From Camelus ferus (taxonomy: Eukaryota), in assembly GCF_009834535.1 (NCBI RefSeq), contig NC_045697.1:7566001-7630000 (forward strand): 64,000 nucleotides of DNA. Reading direction: 5' to 3'. Shown here in pieces: positions 25,971 through 37,825 of this stretch. The notes under the pieces are model-generated. The model did no database searches and was not told the DNA's origin. It worked only from the letters and a program-made list of their open reading frames with translations. Numbering within the stretch: the first letter of the stretch is position 1; each line of letters opens with the position of its first letter. The translations under genes and the position numbers were made by a program.

Positions 25971-26351
25971 TCTGGTTCTGAGGAACAACTCAAGTGAGGT
26001 GTCCCCTGATGGCCACACCACTGCATTACTCTCCAGAAGTCAGGGGTTCAATACTGCACGTGAACAGGAGATAGGTTGTCATTTACAACAGTGGAGAATA
26101 ACGCCCTCATTTTGCCTCTTCTTGTAAACACAGTAACTTCTTCATAACACACGGTGTAAAAGTACGATTGTTTATACCTCTCTCAATTGCATTAACTCTG
26201 GCCTAAGCCCTTGCCTGCCGTATTGGCTGTGCATAGAAGTCTCTCTCCCTCTGGAGTCCCCTTCACCAGGGATTACCAACGAACCCGTGAAGTAATCGTA
26301 AGTCAAAAGAAGAGCATATTGACTTTCATCCAGAAAATGAGTAATGTTGGA

Positions 26352-26767
26352 TGTTGTGAGCTGAATTATATTCCCCCCAAAATCTGTTGAAGTCCTTACC
26401 CTGGGTACCCGTGAATGTGACCTTATTTGGAAAAAGTCCCTACTGATGTAGCCAGGTTAACCAAGACCATCCGGGAGTAGGGTGTGCTCTTAACCCGCTG
26501 TAACTGGTGTACTTAACGCGAAGCGAAGAAGAGGCACAGAGACAGAAGCACAGGAAGAACATCATGCGATGTGACCGCGGGGAGAGATTGGAGTGACAAG
26601 CTTGCCAACAAAGGAACTTCAAAGATTGCCAGGAACGCAGCTGAAGCTAAGGCCCTGCCGACACCCTCATGCTGGATTTCTAGCCTCCAGAACTATGAGA
26701 GAATAAATTTCTGCTAAGTCACCCGTATTGTGGAAACTCGTTATAACGGTCTTAGGACATTAACGCA
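26352..26767 (+). mobile_element. MaLR LTR (MLT1B/C-like)
   Basis: gaatgtgaccttatttggaaa...ggccctgccgacacc...ttctagcctccagaactatgagagaataaatttctg. Confidence 0.9.
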
Positions 26768-27640
26768 CCCACACGCACCATTGTGTGACTGGTTTACTTG
26801 CGGTTTTTGCAGAATGTCACTACTGCACTCGCAAAAGCCTTGCTCTCTTAGCGACCCAGGTCTCCCAGCGTCGTCCTCCGTGGAAAACTGACTCCGTGCT
26901 CTCCCCGTTCCGTGTTCAGCTCGGCCCACAGTGCCCCTTACCAGTGGCAGGGATTACATTTCTTAGTTCTCAGCAACTTCAGTTCCACATGCAAATATTC
27001 TCTTCTAAGATGGGGGTAGCCCAAGAGTCATCCATATGACTCTTCATCCTCGAGATAGAATTTTCCACTTCAGATTACCAGGACAGCCTTAGGAGGCCTC
27101 TGCAGTCGTAAGCAAAATTTCCATCTACCCTTAGCAGTGGGTTGATTACTCAGTCCTTCCTGGATAATAAATCTCCACAGTAGTGGCTGAAGCAGCAGGG
27201 GGAGAGTTCTGTTTGGTCCAAGAGGGGCTTTGTGAGTAGGGAGATACTTTTCATCCCATAATGATGCTTCAGCTTCTAAGACTAAAATAAAATAATTTAA
27301 AAAATTGGCCAATAACCTCTTATCTTCTGTTTACCCCTAAGTCATATTTATTTGATTCCCTTTACACATAAGTTTGAGTAGGGTTGTGAGAGCTATTTTA
27401 ACAATGATGACTTTAACTGAGTAACTGAGGGAGGTGGGACAAACAAGCAAACATGGAAGGACATTGAATGAAGGCACCACTGGACTCAAAAACTGTGAAA
27501 GTGCCAAGGTACACTGTTAGTGTTTGATGAGCTTTTACTGCACAAATGGATGCAGGAATAAAGAAGTAAAGAAAGAAATATTCATAGATAGCCTGGGCTT
27601 TCTAGGCCCTTGCTTTTGTTCTGTTCTGTTTTGTTTCCAT

Positions 27641-27977
27641 TTTCCTTTTTTTTTTTTCATTGACATATAGTCAGTTTACAATGTTATATCAGTTTCCGCT
27701 GTACAGCATAATGATTCAGTTACACATATACATATATACACATATTCTTTTTTGTGTTCTTTTTCATTATAGGCTATTAGCAGGTATTTTTTTAACATTT
27801 TTTTATTGAGTTATAGTCATTTCACAATGCTGTGTCAAATTCCAGTGTAGAGCACAATTTTTCAGTATTACCAGGTATTCAATATAGTTCTATGTGCACT
27901 GCAGTAGGACCTTGTTGTTTACCTATCTTGTATATAGCAGTTAGTATCTGCAGATCCCGAACTCCCAAAATGTCCCC
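27641..27977 (-). mobile_element. Older L1 3' end, interrupted by a younger L1 tail
   Basis: Poly-T, cattgacatatagtcagtttacaatgtt..., then resumes after 27879 as caatatagttctatgtgc...gtaggaccttgttgttt. Confidence 0.85.
27789..27865 (-). mobile_element. Very short young L1 3' end nested in the older L1, 14 bp TSD
   Basis: aacatttttttattgagttatagtcatttcacaatgctgtgtcaaattccagtgtagagcac. TSD tattagcaggtatt (27775-27788) and tattaccaggtatt (27866-27879). Confidence 0.85.
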
Positions 27978-27984
27978 AACTTCA

Positions 27985-28320
27985 CTACAAATCTGAATCC
28001 TTAGTATGCTGCTCCGGGCTCTCTAATCACCTGGCTCACCTCTTGGCTTCAGATCCGCGCCACTACCTGCGGGTCACACTCCAGCAACCCCGATCTGCAA
28101 GCATGTGCGCGCTCCTTTCACGGACTTTCATTCAGCAGCGCATTTGCTCTTTCCTGGAAAGTCTGTCTTCATCTCGCTGGCTTGTATCGATCCTTCAGGA
28201 CTCATCTCTGGTGGCATCAACTTTTGAAAGCTTGTTTGCTTCTTAGCTTCCAAATCGTGCTAAGTGTAGCATAGAAGAGGAAGACTGAAGATCCCAGCAC
28301 GGCTTTTGTTACATTCTTTA
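27985..28320 (+). mobile_element. L2 LINE remnant
   Basis: aaatctgaatccttagtatg...tttgctctttcctggaaagtc...tccttcaggactcatctc. Confidence 0.55.
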
Positions 28321-29034
28321 GCACCTTTCAGAAGATCAAATGTTATTAATAAGACTGAATATTTTGTTTATGCTTTATTGACATTTGCATTTCTTTAAAA
28401 ATGTCTCTCTTCGTATTTCCTCCATTTTTTTCTTCTGCAATTCATACTAATTTCCATCTACCCATAAGAGTTCTTCATATATCTTGCTATATTTGCACCC
28501 AATCTTTCATCCATCGTATACATGTTTTCCAAGGTTATAGTTTATCATTTAACATATTTACAAAATTTGCATTGTATGGAAACATTTAAAGTAGAAACAT
28601 CTATGGATATTTTTTACTACCATATATACCTTTTTCTTTAAACTTTGAAATCCTTTAATTTTTGTTTTGCTTTTCTGTATTAGCTCTTTATTTTAAATTT
28701 ATTTCAGTATTTGCAGGAAATGCTACAAATGTATAAGAATTCAGAAATGTATTGTGTGCCTTGTTTTACCTGCTAGGATAAAATGCCAGGGTTGGGTTGC
28801 ACTTTAAAAGCTGTTTCATCATCAGACTTTACTTTTATTCTTTCAGCACCTGAAAAACAGTACAAGATGATGAAATGTGCATCCCCAGGTGCCTCGGCAG
28901 ATTACACTGTTTCCACGTATGTTTGATCCCACCGCCCTATGGAGACAACATTAATGCAACTTGAACACACTTAATTCACCGTTTTGATGTCGTGGGAATA
29001 CGATTATTATCTACATGAACAAATCCATAAACCA

Positions 29035-29170
29035 TCTCTTCCTCAAACTGGGTCTATGGATCCTGGACGGCCAGCATCAGCCTCATTCAGGGAAACTTGC
29101 TGAACGTATAGATTAATGAGTCCCACAGAATTACTGAAATAGAATCTTTAAAATTTGGGATCAAGCCCTA
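29035..29170. mobile_element. MER5-like hAT-Charlie DNA transposon remnant
   Basis: cagcatcagcctcattcagggaaacttgctga...tactgaaatagaatct. Confidence 0.5.
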
Positions 29171-29599
29171 TGTAAACGCAAAGGTTAGGATTCTCTAACC
29201 CTCACTCTGAGTTATTAAGAAAGGTAATTTTTGCTTTGATTCTGTTTCCAAACGTCTAGCAATTAACCTGCCTCAGGCCTTAAATTACCTACATCAGGGC
29301 TTGTCACCTAGTTTCATCCTGGCATTCAGTCTTGGCCACAGGAGTGACAGAGTAAAGACAGTATTCACCAACAAGCTAGTGTTGAAGGTTTCAGAAATAT
29401 TTCCAAAGTAACTACTACAACTCTTCACCCAGAGCTGTAAGTTTTGTTTGTTTGCTTGCTTTTCAGTCCTCTGAATGCAATACCAAATGAGAAGCCCTAC
29501 AGAATTTTGAGGGCTGGTAGCAAATTTGAAGGGAACAACTCTTGTTTGAATATGCATTTTGGGGCAATTATTTTGCACTTTTACTTGAATTATTGCATT

Positions 29600-29780
29600 T
29601 AACTATTATTTCAATCCTTTGTGGTGAGGTTTTTATTTTTAATTTTTGCAAAACAAGGAAAGCAAGCTTAGGTGAGATGGGGTCCCTTGGACAAAATCAC
29701 AAACTAGAGATGTCAGAGCCAAAGTTCAAAGCTGAGATTTCTGGACCCAAATCCAAGGCATACTCTCTCGAGCACAGCTG
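29600..29780 (-). mobile_element. MIR SINE
   Basis: aaggaaagcaagcttagg...aatcacaaactagagatgtcagagccaaagttcaaa. Confidence 0.55.
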
Positions 29781-31399
29781 CCTGAGATGCACCACGCAGG
29801 CCATTTCCCAAATAACCTGCTATGAGTCAAGCATTAGGAAATCATGCAGGACCCAACGATTAAGAGAAAGCAGGGGAAAGCAGTTAGGACTAAAGATGAG
29901 TTGTTTTGTTCTGGAGTCAGGTAGACAGAGGTGTCTTAGACTGTCTCAGAAAGCAAGCAGCCATTAATTCTTACCTGCTTCCTTAGAGACCCAATGGCAC
30001 TCACTCTCTTCGGTTAATGGGAACAAGACACTTTGACCTTTTTCATTGTACCACCTATAGGAATTCCAAAGTATTCCCTATATGATGATTCTGAAAATTT
30101 TGTCCCCAAACTTAGCCAAAAAACACGAAGCATTTTTATGATGTAATAAATAATTTTTGTCTGTAATCATCTAATTGCACATCAGTAAATAATATGATTT
30201 AGTGTGTAATACAGGACTTTTCACATGTTACTTTGTTCAGTTCCCACAACAGCTTGTTCAAGTCATGATTGCTCTCACCTAGTTCCATACTGCCGATGAC
30301 AAAATTGAAATTGAACACTGTGGGGATGACTCTTTCAAGGTCAATGAAGTAACACTAAGCTTGGGATTGTGTCTCCCTGCTTCAAAGCTTTGGCTCTGTG
30401 CGATTTCCCCTCCAATCCCTGTCATTTCTGCTACATACAGAGAGTTCCAACTTACTAACCAGCTGTTCAATGACAGAAAGACTAGTCTTGTCTTTCTTAA
30501 AAGGTGAAAGGCTATGGTATTCACAGGAGGGCTTGAATGAGAGAGATGCAGCATAAACGGGGTTATTGAAAGGACAGACAGCCAAATGCAGTGTAGACAA
30601 TCCTTGCACAGACAGCTGCGACCTTCGGCTGGGGCAGATGCCGCACTGTGATGTCAGAGCTGTTCGGTAGAAATAACAGTAATCAGACCCAACACGCAAA
30701 ATCATCAGCAAACACTAGCTGACGTTGAGTTAAGACAGGAAAACAGTATGGCTACCCCCCTCCCCACCCCTCCACCCATCAGGGGCTGCAACTGAATGAA
30801 ACACTTTGATTCAAGAAAGAGTCTCAAAATATTCTGATATCCCCCTTCTTGTTTTAAAGAGCTGTATCCTTTATTTCCCCAATTTATTTATTTTTGCTGC
30901 AATATCAACTTTATTCTCATTTTAAATTAATGCAATCCCAAAATAACATGACAGTTTTCAACCTCTGGATGCCAGATCTCTATTTTAAAGGGGTCTTTTC
31001 ATCCTTTATTTTCCACTAAATTGCGTCTATATAATGTAAAGTCAATATCTTCATATCTGTGAGATGTTAAGTTTCACATGTCTGGTTTCACTTTGTGCTA
31101 TGTTTCTTAAAGGGCTGTTTGTCTGCAAATCAAACATTCTGTTGAAGAAAAAAATAAAATCCAGTTTAAATGTGAAATACATATAAAATTTTGAAATGTA
31201 TATAAAAAGACATTCATCTGAAAACAAAAATATACAAGTCACTACACACGAAGTCCTTAGAAAAATGGCTATTATGTAGAAAGTGGCCTAGATTTGCAGC
31301 TAGTATGTTATTGTTATGATTATTACTATTCTAATCTATGTTATTGTTGCTGTTGTTTTTAATCTCTCTATTCTAGCTACTAGAAATGTTCTTTCTTCC

Positions 31400-31650
31400 A
31401 TTTTTAAAAATAAAAGTTATATGTATTTAAGATACAACAGGATATTTTGGTACGCATGTACATGGTAAAATGATGTCTACAGTCAAGTTAATGAACATAT
31501 CCATCAATTTACATAGCTGTCATTTTTGTGTATGTGTGGTGAGAACATCTGAAATCTACTCCGTGATTTTCTAGCATACAACACGGAATTATTAACTGCA
31601 GTCATCATGCTGTACATTAATAGTTCTCTAGACTAAATCATCCAGATTTA
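31400..31650 (-). mobile_element. L1MA-like 3' end fragment
   Basis: gtggtgagaacatctgaaatctactc...attattaactgcagtcatcatgctgtacatta. Confidence 0.8.
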
Positions 31651-31709
31651 TCTTGAATTCTGTTAAAAAATATTTCCAACCCATAAATAATTAGAGTGTA
31701 GCTGTTGCT

Positions 31710-31940
31710 TCAGTAATAATGAGGCATTGGGGTTTTATAACTTACTGGGGACATTTGCCAATATTATCTTTATTAATCCTCTCCATGAATGTTTGAAATA
31801 TCCTTCATTTGAAATGCATATTTCATGCATGGAAACTGACTTACTGAGTTCAGGTGAATTGTACAAGTTCTCCAGATAGGATATGAGAGAGCTGGATGTG
31901 AATGGGTGTCTCTTTATTAAACTCTAGTGCCTTTCTCACT
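31710..31940 (-). mobile_element. MIR SINE remnant
   Basis: ttaatcctctc...ggaaactgacttactgagttcaggtgaatttgtacaag. Confidence 0.5.
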
Positions 31941-32319
31941 ATATTAGATGGCCTCAAAACCTGGGCTTTAATACATTTGAACTTCCTGTCTCCCCACATG
32001 AGGGCAATTCCTCTGGACAGAGGAGATGAACGTCAGGAGACACTGAGTAGCTCTTTTTCTCTCCTACATGCTGTGATATTAAATCTCTGTCCTCATCTGG
32101 TCTCTCTCTCTCATTTCTGTGCTTATGACAAAATGAAAAGGTTATTTTCTGCCCTGTTTTGCTATTCATATAGGTTTATGTCACCCGTTTTATTCATTTC
32201 ATTTTGCGTTTTAATTCATATTTCAGTCAGCTTCATAGGCCATGTGATTTTATATTTGAAAGCCCAATAAAAATCAATATATGATTCAGTGCTTTCAAAG
32301 ATGCGCTGTTGGGAAATGA

Positions 32320-32830
32320 AATTAATTCATTCTCTCATTCAGCACGAGCCCCAGTTGGATGCGTGGCAGTGACGAAGAGGCAGCAATAAATCAGGCCCTT
32401 CTCTCAAGAATCTCGTTGTCTATCATGGGAGGTGAAGTTCATGCCCCAGAGAGCTGTAGCGCCATCTATAGGACCCCCATTCAAGTGCCATGAGATTTCA
32501 GTGGAAGCAACCACCCCCAGCTGAGAGAACTGGGCACTGCGGTTGGTCAAGCCAAGGGTGGGAGTCACATGGGTATGTGGTTATAAAGTGATATATACCA
32601 GAGAGAGGGAAAAGCGAGAAGACAGGAAGAAAAGAACTGAGCATGGACAGAACACAAGAAAAGTTCTGTTTCAACGAAATAACAGGGCTCAGGAGAGACA
32701 GGAGTGAAAAATATGTTTGAAAAATGGAAGAGTGAACCAGAATTTTAGAGGATTGAATGCCTGCCTAAGACTTGGGCATATTACTAGCAATGGGAAACTA
32801 ATGCGGGTTTTGAGCAGAAGGATGAAATAA
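32320..32830 (-). mobile_element. L2 LINE remnant
   Basis: ttcattctctcattcagca start and gcaatgggaaactaatgcgggttttgagcagaag. Confidence 0.55.
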
Positions 32831-33593
32831 TAATCAAAGATTGAAAAAATAAATATTCAATTTTACAGAATTATTAATCATCAGATTGGGTTTGGGAGAG
32901 CATGAATGGGCCGCCAAATCCAAGGTCCATTCTAGAGAACATATAGACCTATTGTAAGAAACACTTCTATTTAAATGATATAATAGGGAAGTATAATAAT
33001 TTTCAATTCTTTATACCAACATAGACATAAGCCAACAATACATGCATGAGAAAAAGAGGTTTAAATAGAAGCTCTTCTTGTATCTAAAACATAGGCTGTT
33101 GGTGTACTACCACAGAATGTATTTCTTTGTACCATATTCATTATCTTACTGCCTCTCCTCAGTTGGACCATGAGCTGCTCTGGAGCAGAAGGCATGTCAT
33201 AGGAGTCTTTGTGTAGCCCCTGCGCTAACCCAGTGTCGGGCATCTGGTACAAGCTCATTAAATAGAGAGCATACGCCACCACAATTCTGCTCTTTTAAAG
33301 CTGATTGACCCCTCAACTCAAATCCAAGAAATCTCTCAGCAACCCACTCTGTTTATAGTAAATTTTTAAAAGATCTTCAGCAATGTATGTCACCTACCGG
33401 ATTTATGAAATATGTAATAAAATAGTAAATGGATGATATATCATTTGCACTTAAAATAAAGACGACTTCAAATGCATTGTACGTCATGTGATACTTTCCA
33501 TCTTTCTCTTGAAAACTATTTTATTTTATGTCACTTTTCATCTCTTTAGAGTTTTGAATAGTGCTGCATGTGCGTTCTATATATTTTAAAAAG

Positions 33594-33970
33594 TACTTTA
33601 TTTTTTAAAGCACTTTTAGGTTCATATTAAAATTGAGGGTGAGCTGCAGAGATTTCTCATATGCCCCCTGCCCCTGCATATACCAAGCCTTCTCCATTAT
33701 CGGCATGGTTGTGGTCCATTTGGTGGTGGTGGTCCATTTGTTATGATTGATGAACCTACATTGATAGATCATAATCACCGATAGTCCTTTGTTCACATTA
33801 GAGTTCACTTCTGTTGATGTACATTCTACGGGTTTGGACAAACACATAATGGCATGTATTCATGATTATAATATCATATAGAATATTTTCACTGCTGTAA
33901 AAATCCTCTGCGCCCCACCTACTCATCCCTCCCCACCACCCTTGGCAACCACTGATCTTTTCACTGTCTC
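33594..33970 (-). mobile_element. L1MC/L1MD-like 3' end
   Basis: ttttaggttcatattaaaattgag...tacattctacgggtttggacaaa...cttggcaaccactgatctttt. Confidence 0.85.
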
Positions 33971-35374
33971 TCCATCATTTTCCTCTGTTTATACAATTGT
34001 ATACCACATGAGTCATCTAATAATGGTGGAGTTTAGAGCAGATTGCATATATTCTTTTCTGCATTTTCTTTTGTATAATTTTCATTATACATTTTCCTAT
34101 TAGGAAAAGTGAATGCTAAAGGAAAAAAATGTTCTGTGATTTTTCTTGGAAGCGTCTGTGGATTTTAATGAATAACAAATATTTGAATAGGAAAAGAAAA
34201 ACACTGAAACAATAAGGGGAAAGTTAGTTACTTCTTTTCTTACTGTGAATGAAGGTGAATCAAAGGGACAGATGGGGCCCTAGGTGGCATTCAGTATTCA
34301 ATGTGGAAGGTAATGAGATGGGGGTGGGGGGAGGAATAGACCCTTTCTATGGTTTTCAAAACTAAGAGTCAGGAAAGAGAAAACAGATTGTCACAAATAT
34401 AAATTATTCATTGAAGACATAGAGTGAAAAAAAGATGGTTTTAGAGTCATTGTTTCAAGTCCCCCCTCTATGGAGGAAAGGTAATTCTTAGTATTGAACA
34501 GATTCTCCCCTGAGGAGATAATTGAGTCATCAGGGGAAGATGGGGAATTAATGGGGATTCAGACTCAAAGAAGTTTATTAGAGGTGCTTTAAAACTATGA
34601 AATGTTCAATTTAGGGATGGAGGTAGCGAACTTGCCGCTCACTTAATTACAAAAATCATGCGATGTGAACTTGGAAGTGGCGGATTAGGTAGATCCAGGC
34701 ACGCAGAGACATTGCCAAGCAGGAATAAAGACATGGAATATGTAATTAAATTGTGGGAGGGAGACAGATGTTGTCAGCCTGCTACTTGTTACAAGGTAAA
34801 CAAAAGAATAATGCAATAATACATATAAAAAATAAAATGTTAAATTGCTTTTGTGTCCTCAGCAAACTGAAAGTCATCTGAAGCAATAGTTGCTTTTTAT
34901 TCACTTTTTGATGTTTCTTGATTATATAACTATTTCTTTATTTGGGTTCACAAAGGATTGAGCAGCCGGGCGGTTAAAATTGAACACATTGTAATGTAAT
35001 TGTTGAAAAATAGAAACAGTTTACAATGTAAAAGACAATTTGACTGGTAAGAGGGGAAAACATCTTTCTAAACTAATGTGATAAGAAATGAAATTTGATG
35101 ACTTTCACTCTCTGCAGTGATGGAGTCTGCAGATTAGATGAGTAGGCTGTGCTGAAATGCTAAACCCATTGGCGTTGGGCTCCCTTAATTGGCTCTTTAA
35201 AAGGCTAGAGGGAAGGAAATAAAATTTGAAGCATGTCATTGGGCTTAAAGGACGACAGAGAAAAAACATTTTTTTCCTCCCTAGAAGAGGTTGAAAATGC
35301 ATAAATACTTTCAGGACACGTTTTTTTGTTTGTTTGTTTGCTGTTTGTTTATTTGTTTTTAACATAGGAGGCAA

Positions 35375-35550
35375 CACAATATAGTGGACAAAGACAGGGA
35401 TTTTAATTCAGGCAAAACTTGGTCCAAATACTGACTCTGACACTTACTAGCAGTGTAATTAAAACAAGGTATTCCCATTTATTTTCTAATTTTCAAAATG
35501 AGTAAACTAAGAGCCCACAAGCAAGGCTGTGAGGGTTAGAGAAGATGGCC
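35375..35550 (+). mobile_element. MIR SINE
   Basis: ggtccaaatactgactctgacacttactagcagtgt core. Confidence 0.6.
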
Positions 35551-36748
35551 CATTTCTAGCTTTATTTAATAACTTTAGAATTTATTTAATAAATAAAATG
35601 TTCCCTTCATGGAGCATAGCTAGTTGAAAGAAAAAGAAAGAAACAAACAAACACACAAATAAACTAGCCTATAGATTTAAAAAAGTCAAATTTAGCCACT
35701 TTCTGATTAATTTGATTGTCCCTTTGAATTTATGTCCTGTATGGTTACAGTACGCAACTAAGAGGACAAAGAATTTACAGAGAAAATAATCAGGGATCAA
35801 GGGTCACTTGGCATTTGCCTTCTTGTCTTTAAAATTCCTGATGATCAGACAAGCATCTCCTACTCTTATTCATTCTGTGACACCACTTTGATTGTCCCAG
35901 ACACCAGCACAGCCTATAACTCAATTCTTGCTAATATTTTTTATCACCTAAAGTATACCTTTAGCGAAAAGGAAATGATTAGATGCAGAAATATTGGAAA
36001 AACAGAAAAAACTCTAAGGAATACAATTTTAAAGGAACTCATATTCAGAAATCACCACTTTTGCATTATATAGCTGTACAGTTATGTTTTCTATGTACCT
36101 GTATTTGTCACACATACACATATTATATCTTTACATTATATACATATTTTAGACATGGCTAATCTCATGGAGAATATTTTTCACAGGTGTTTTTTTACAT
36201 ATCAGTATCAATAATATTTTTCTGACTGTGTACATATTGTCCCATACTATAGTTTTAACCAGTACACAGCTTTCCAAATGAAAATGAATGACACACCTCT
36301 TGTGTACTCAACACAGCCTGGATAGCTGTACCTGACCTTGGTAATTGGTCTCTCCCTCTGTGAACCCCTGCAATGACCTATTTTTGGCTTACTTTGCTTT
36401 CTGTTAAAACCTTTCTATGTCCTCTGGCTTGTCCTCATGCTGACCCCACCTCGGCTGCGGTCTGTCGTCTGAGCAACTCTGCCTTTGATGTTCCCGGTCC
36501 CAGGAAAAGGGACAGAAGCCTGTCTCTCCCACTACTGTCTCCAGTCTCCCAGGGAAAGGGCTGGGCAAGGGTACCTACCAAACACTTACAATTGTTTAAT
36601 TCCACCGTGAATTTCACAGGAGATACACCCCCTTAGATACTAGAGACCTGCTTTACCTTCTGCCTTTGTGAATAAAGCCAGTTTCAACTTAGAAGACCCA
36701 TGTAAACCCTCTCCTCAGGACTACTGCCTGAAGCATAGCAGTCTATAC

Positions 36749-36970
36749 CGGTGGTTCTCAATGGGGGCAAATTTTGCCCCTCGAAGGACACTTGGCAAAG
36801 TCTGGAGACATTTTGCTTGTATAATTGTCAGGGGGAGGGTTGCTACTGGCATGTAGTAATAGAGGCCAGGGCTGTTGGTAACCGTCCAACAATGTACAGG
36901 ACGGCCCCACCCCCATAACAAAAAATTATCCAGCCCAAGATGTAGGTAGTGCCAAGGCTGAGGAATTCTG
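36749..36970 (+). mobile_element. MER20 hAT-Charlie DNA transposon, near full length
   Basis: cggtggttctcaa...ttggcaaagtctggagacatttt...tgctactggcat...agtgccaaggctgaggaattctg. Degenerate 8 bp TSD gtctatac/ctccataa. Confidence 0.9.
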
Positions 36971-37289
36971 CTCCATAAACCAAGTAAGTCTATCCTATTT
37001 TATTGTTCCTCTGCTTCATTTTCAATAAATAATACAATAAATAGAGAATTAAGTACTTTTATTTTAATATAATTAACTTTTTCAGGAAATCACTTGTGAC
37101 TAATTAGATAAATTCTAACCTACCAGACTATGTAGATGGTAAAACAATCCTTTCTCCTGAGGACTGGCCTGTTGGTTGGTGAGCAGAGGAGCATCTTGAG
37201 GTAGATGTATTGATAACATACGTTGTATTGAGCAATGGCCTCTGTACTCACTGTTCTAAGTCTATTATCTCATTTAATTCTTAAAACAA

Positions 37290-37825
37290 CTTTGTTTCAG
37301 TTACTACTGCTATGCACACTAAAAACTTGGAGGCCTAAACACAGCCATCTCATTTGATTCACCGTTTTGTGATTTGTAATGAGGGATGGACTTAGTGTAG
37401 GAAAGGCTCGCCTCTGAGGTCACTCAGCTGTCGGCTGTGGTTAGAGTCATATGAAAACTGAAACGGGCTGGACATTCAGGGTGGCTCACTTGCGTGGCTC
37501 ACAGTTAACACGGGCTGTCAAACTGGAAGTATAGCTGAGAAGTTTGACAGAAAACATACATGATGCTTCTCTGGGATGTTGGCTTCAGTGTAGCTGGACT
37601 TCTTCCATGGTAGCCTGTTCTCCCAGAGCAAGTCCCCAAGAGGAACAGGAGGAAGCTTCGTGTCCTTTTGACCTGGCCTCAGAAGTCACGTAGCGTCACT
37701 TCTGTTCCATTACATTGGTTATAAACACCAACCTTGGCTCAGATTCCAGGATGGTGGATATGGAACCTGCTTGTCCATGGAATGAGTGTCAAAGGATTTG
37801 CAGATTTATTTTAAAAGCACCGCAG
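37290..37825 (-). mobile_element. MaLR (MLT1) LTR inserted into a MIR (MIR halves at ~37210-37290 and ~37830-37930)
   Basis: gacctggcctcagaagtcacgtagcgtcacttctgttccattacattgg. MIR sequence tctcatttaattctt resumes as cccttttacaaacggagaac. Confidence 0.75.

Noticed and set aside
29542..29967. 141-aa plus-strand ORF
   Set aside because: Non-ATG start, runs through a MIR remnant, no recognisable domain.
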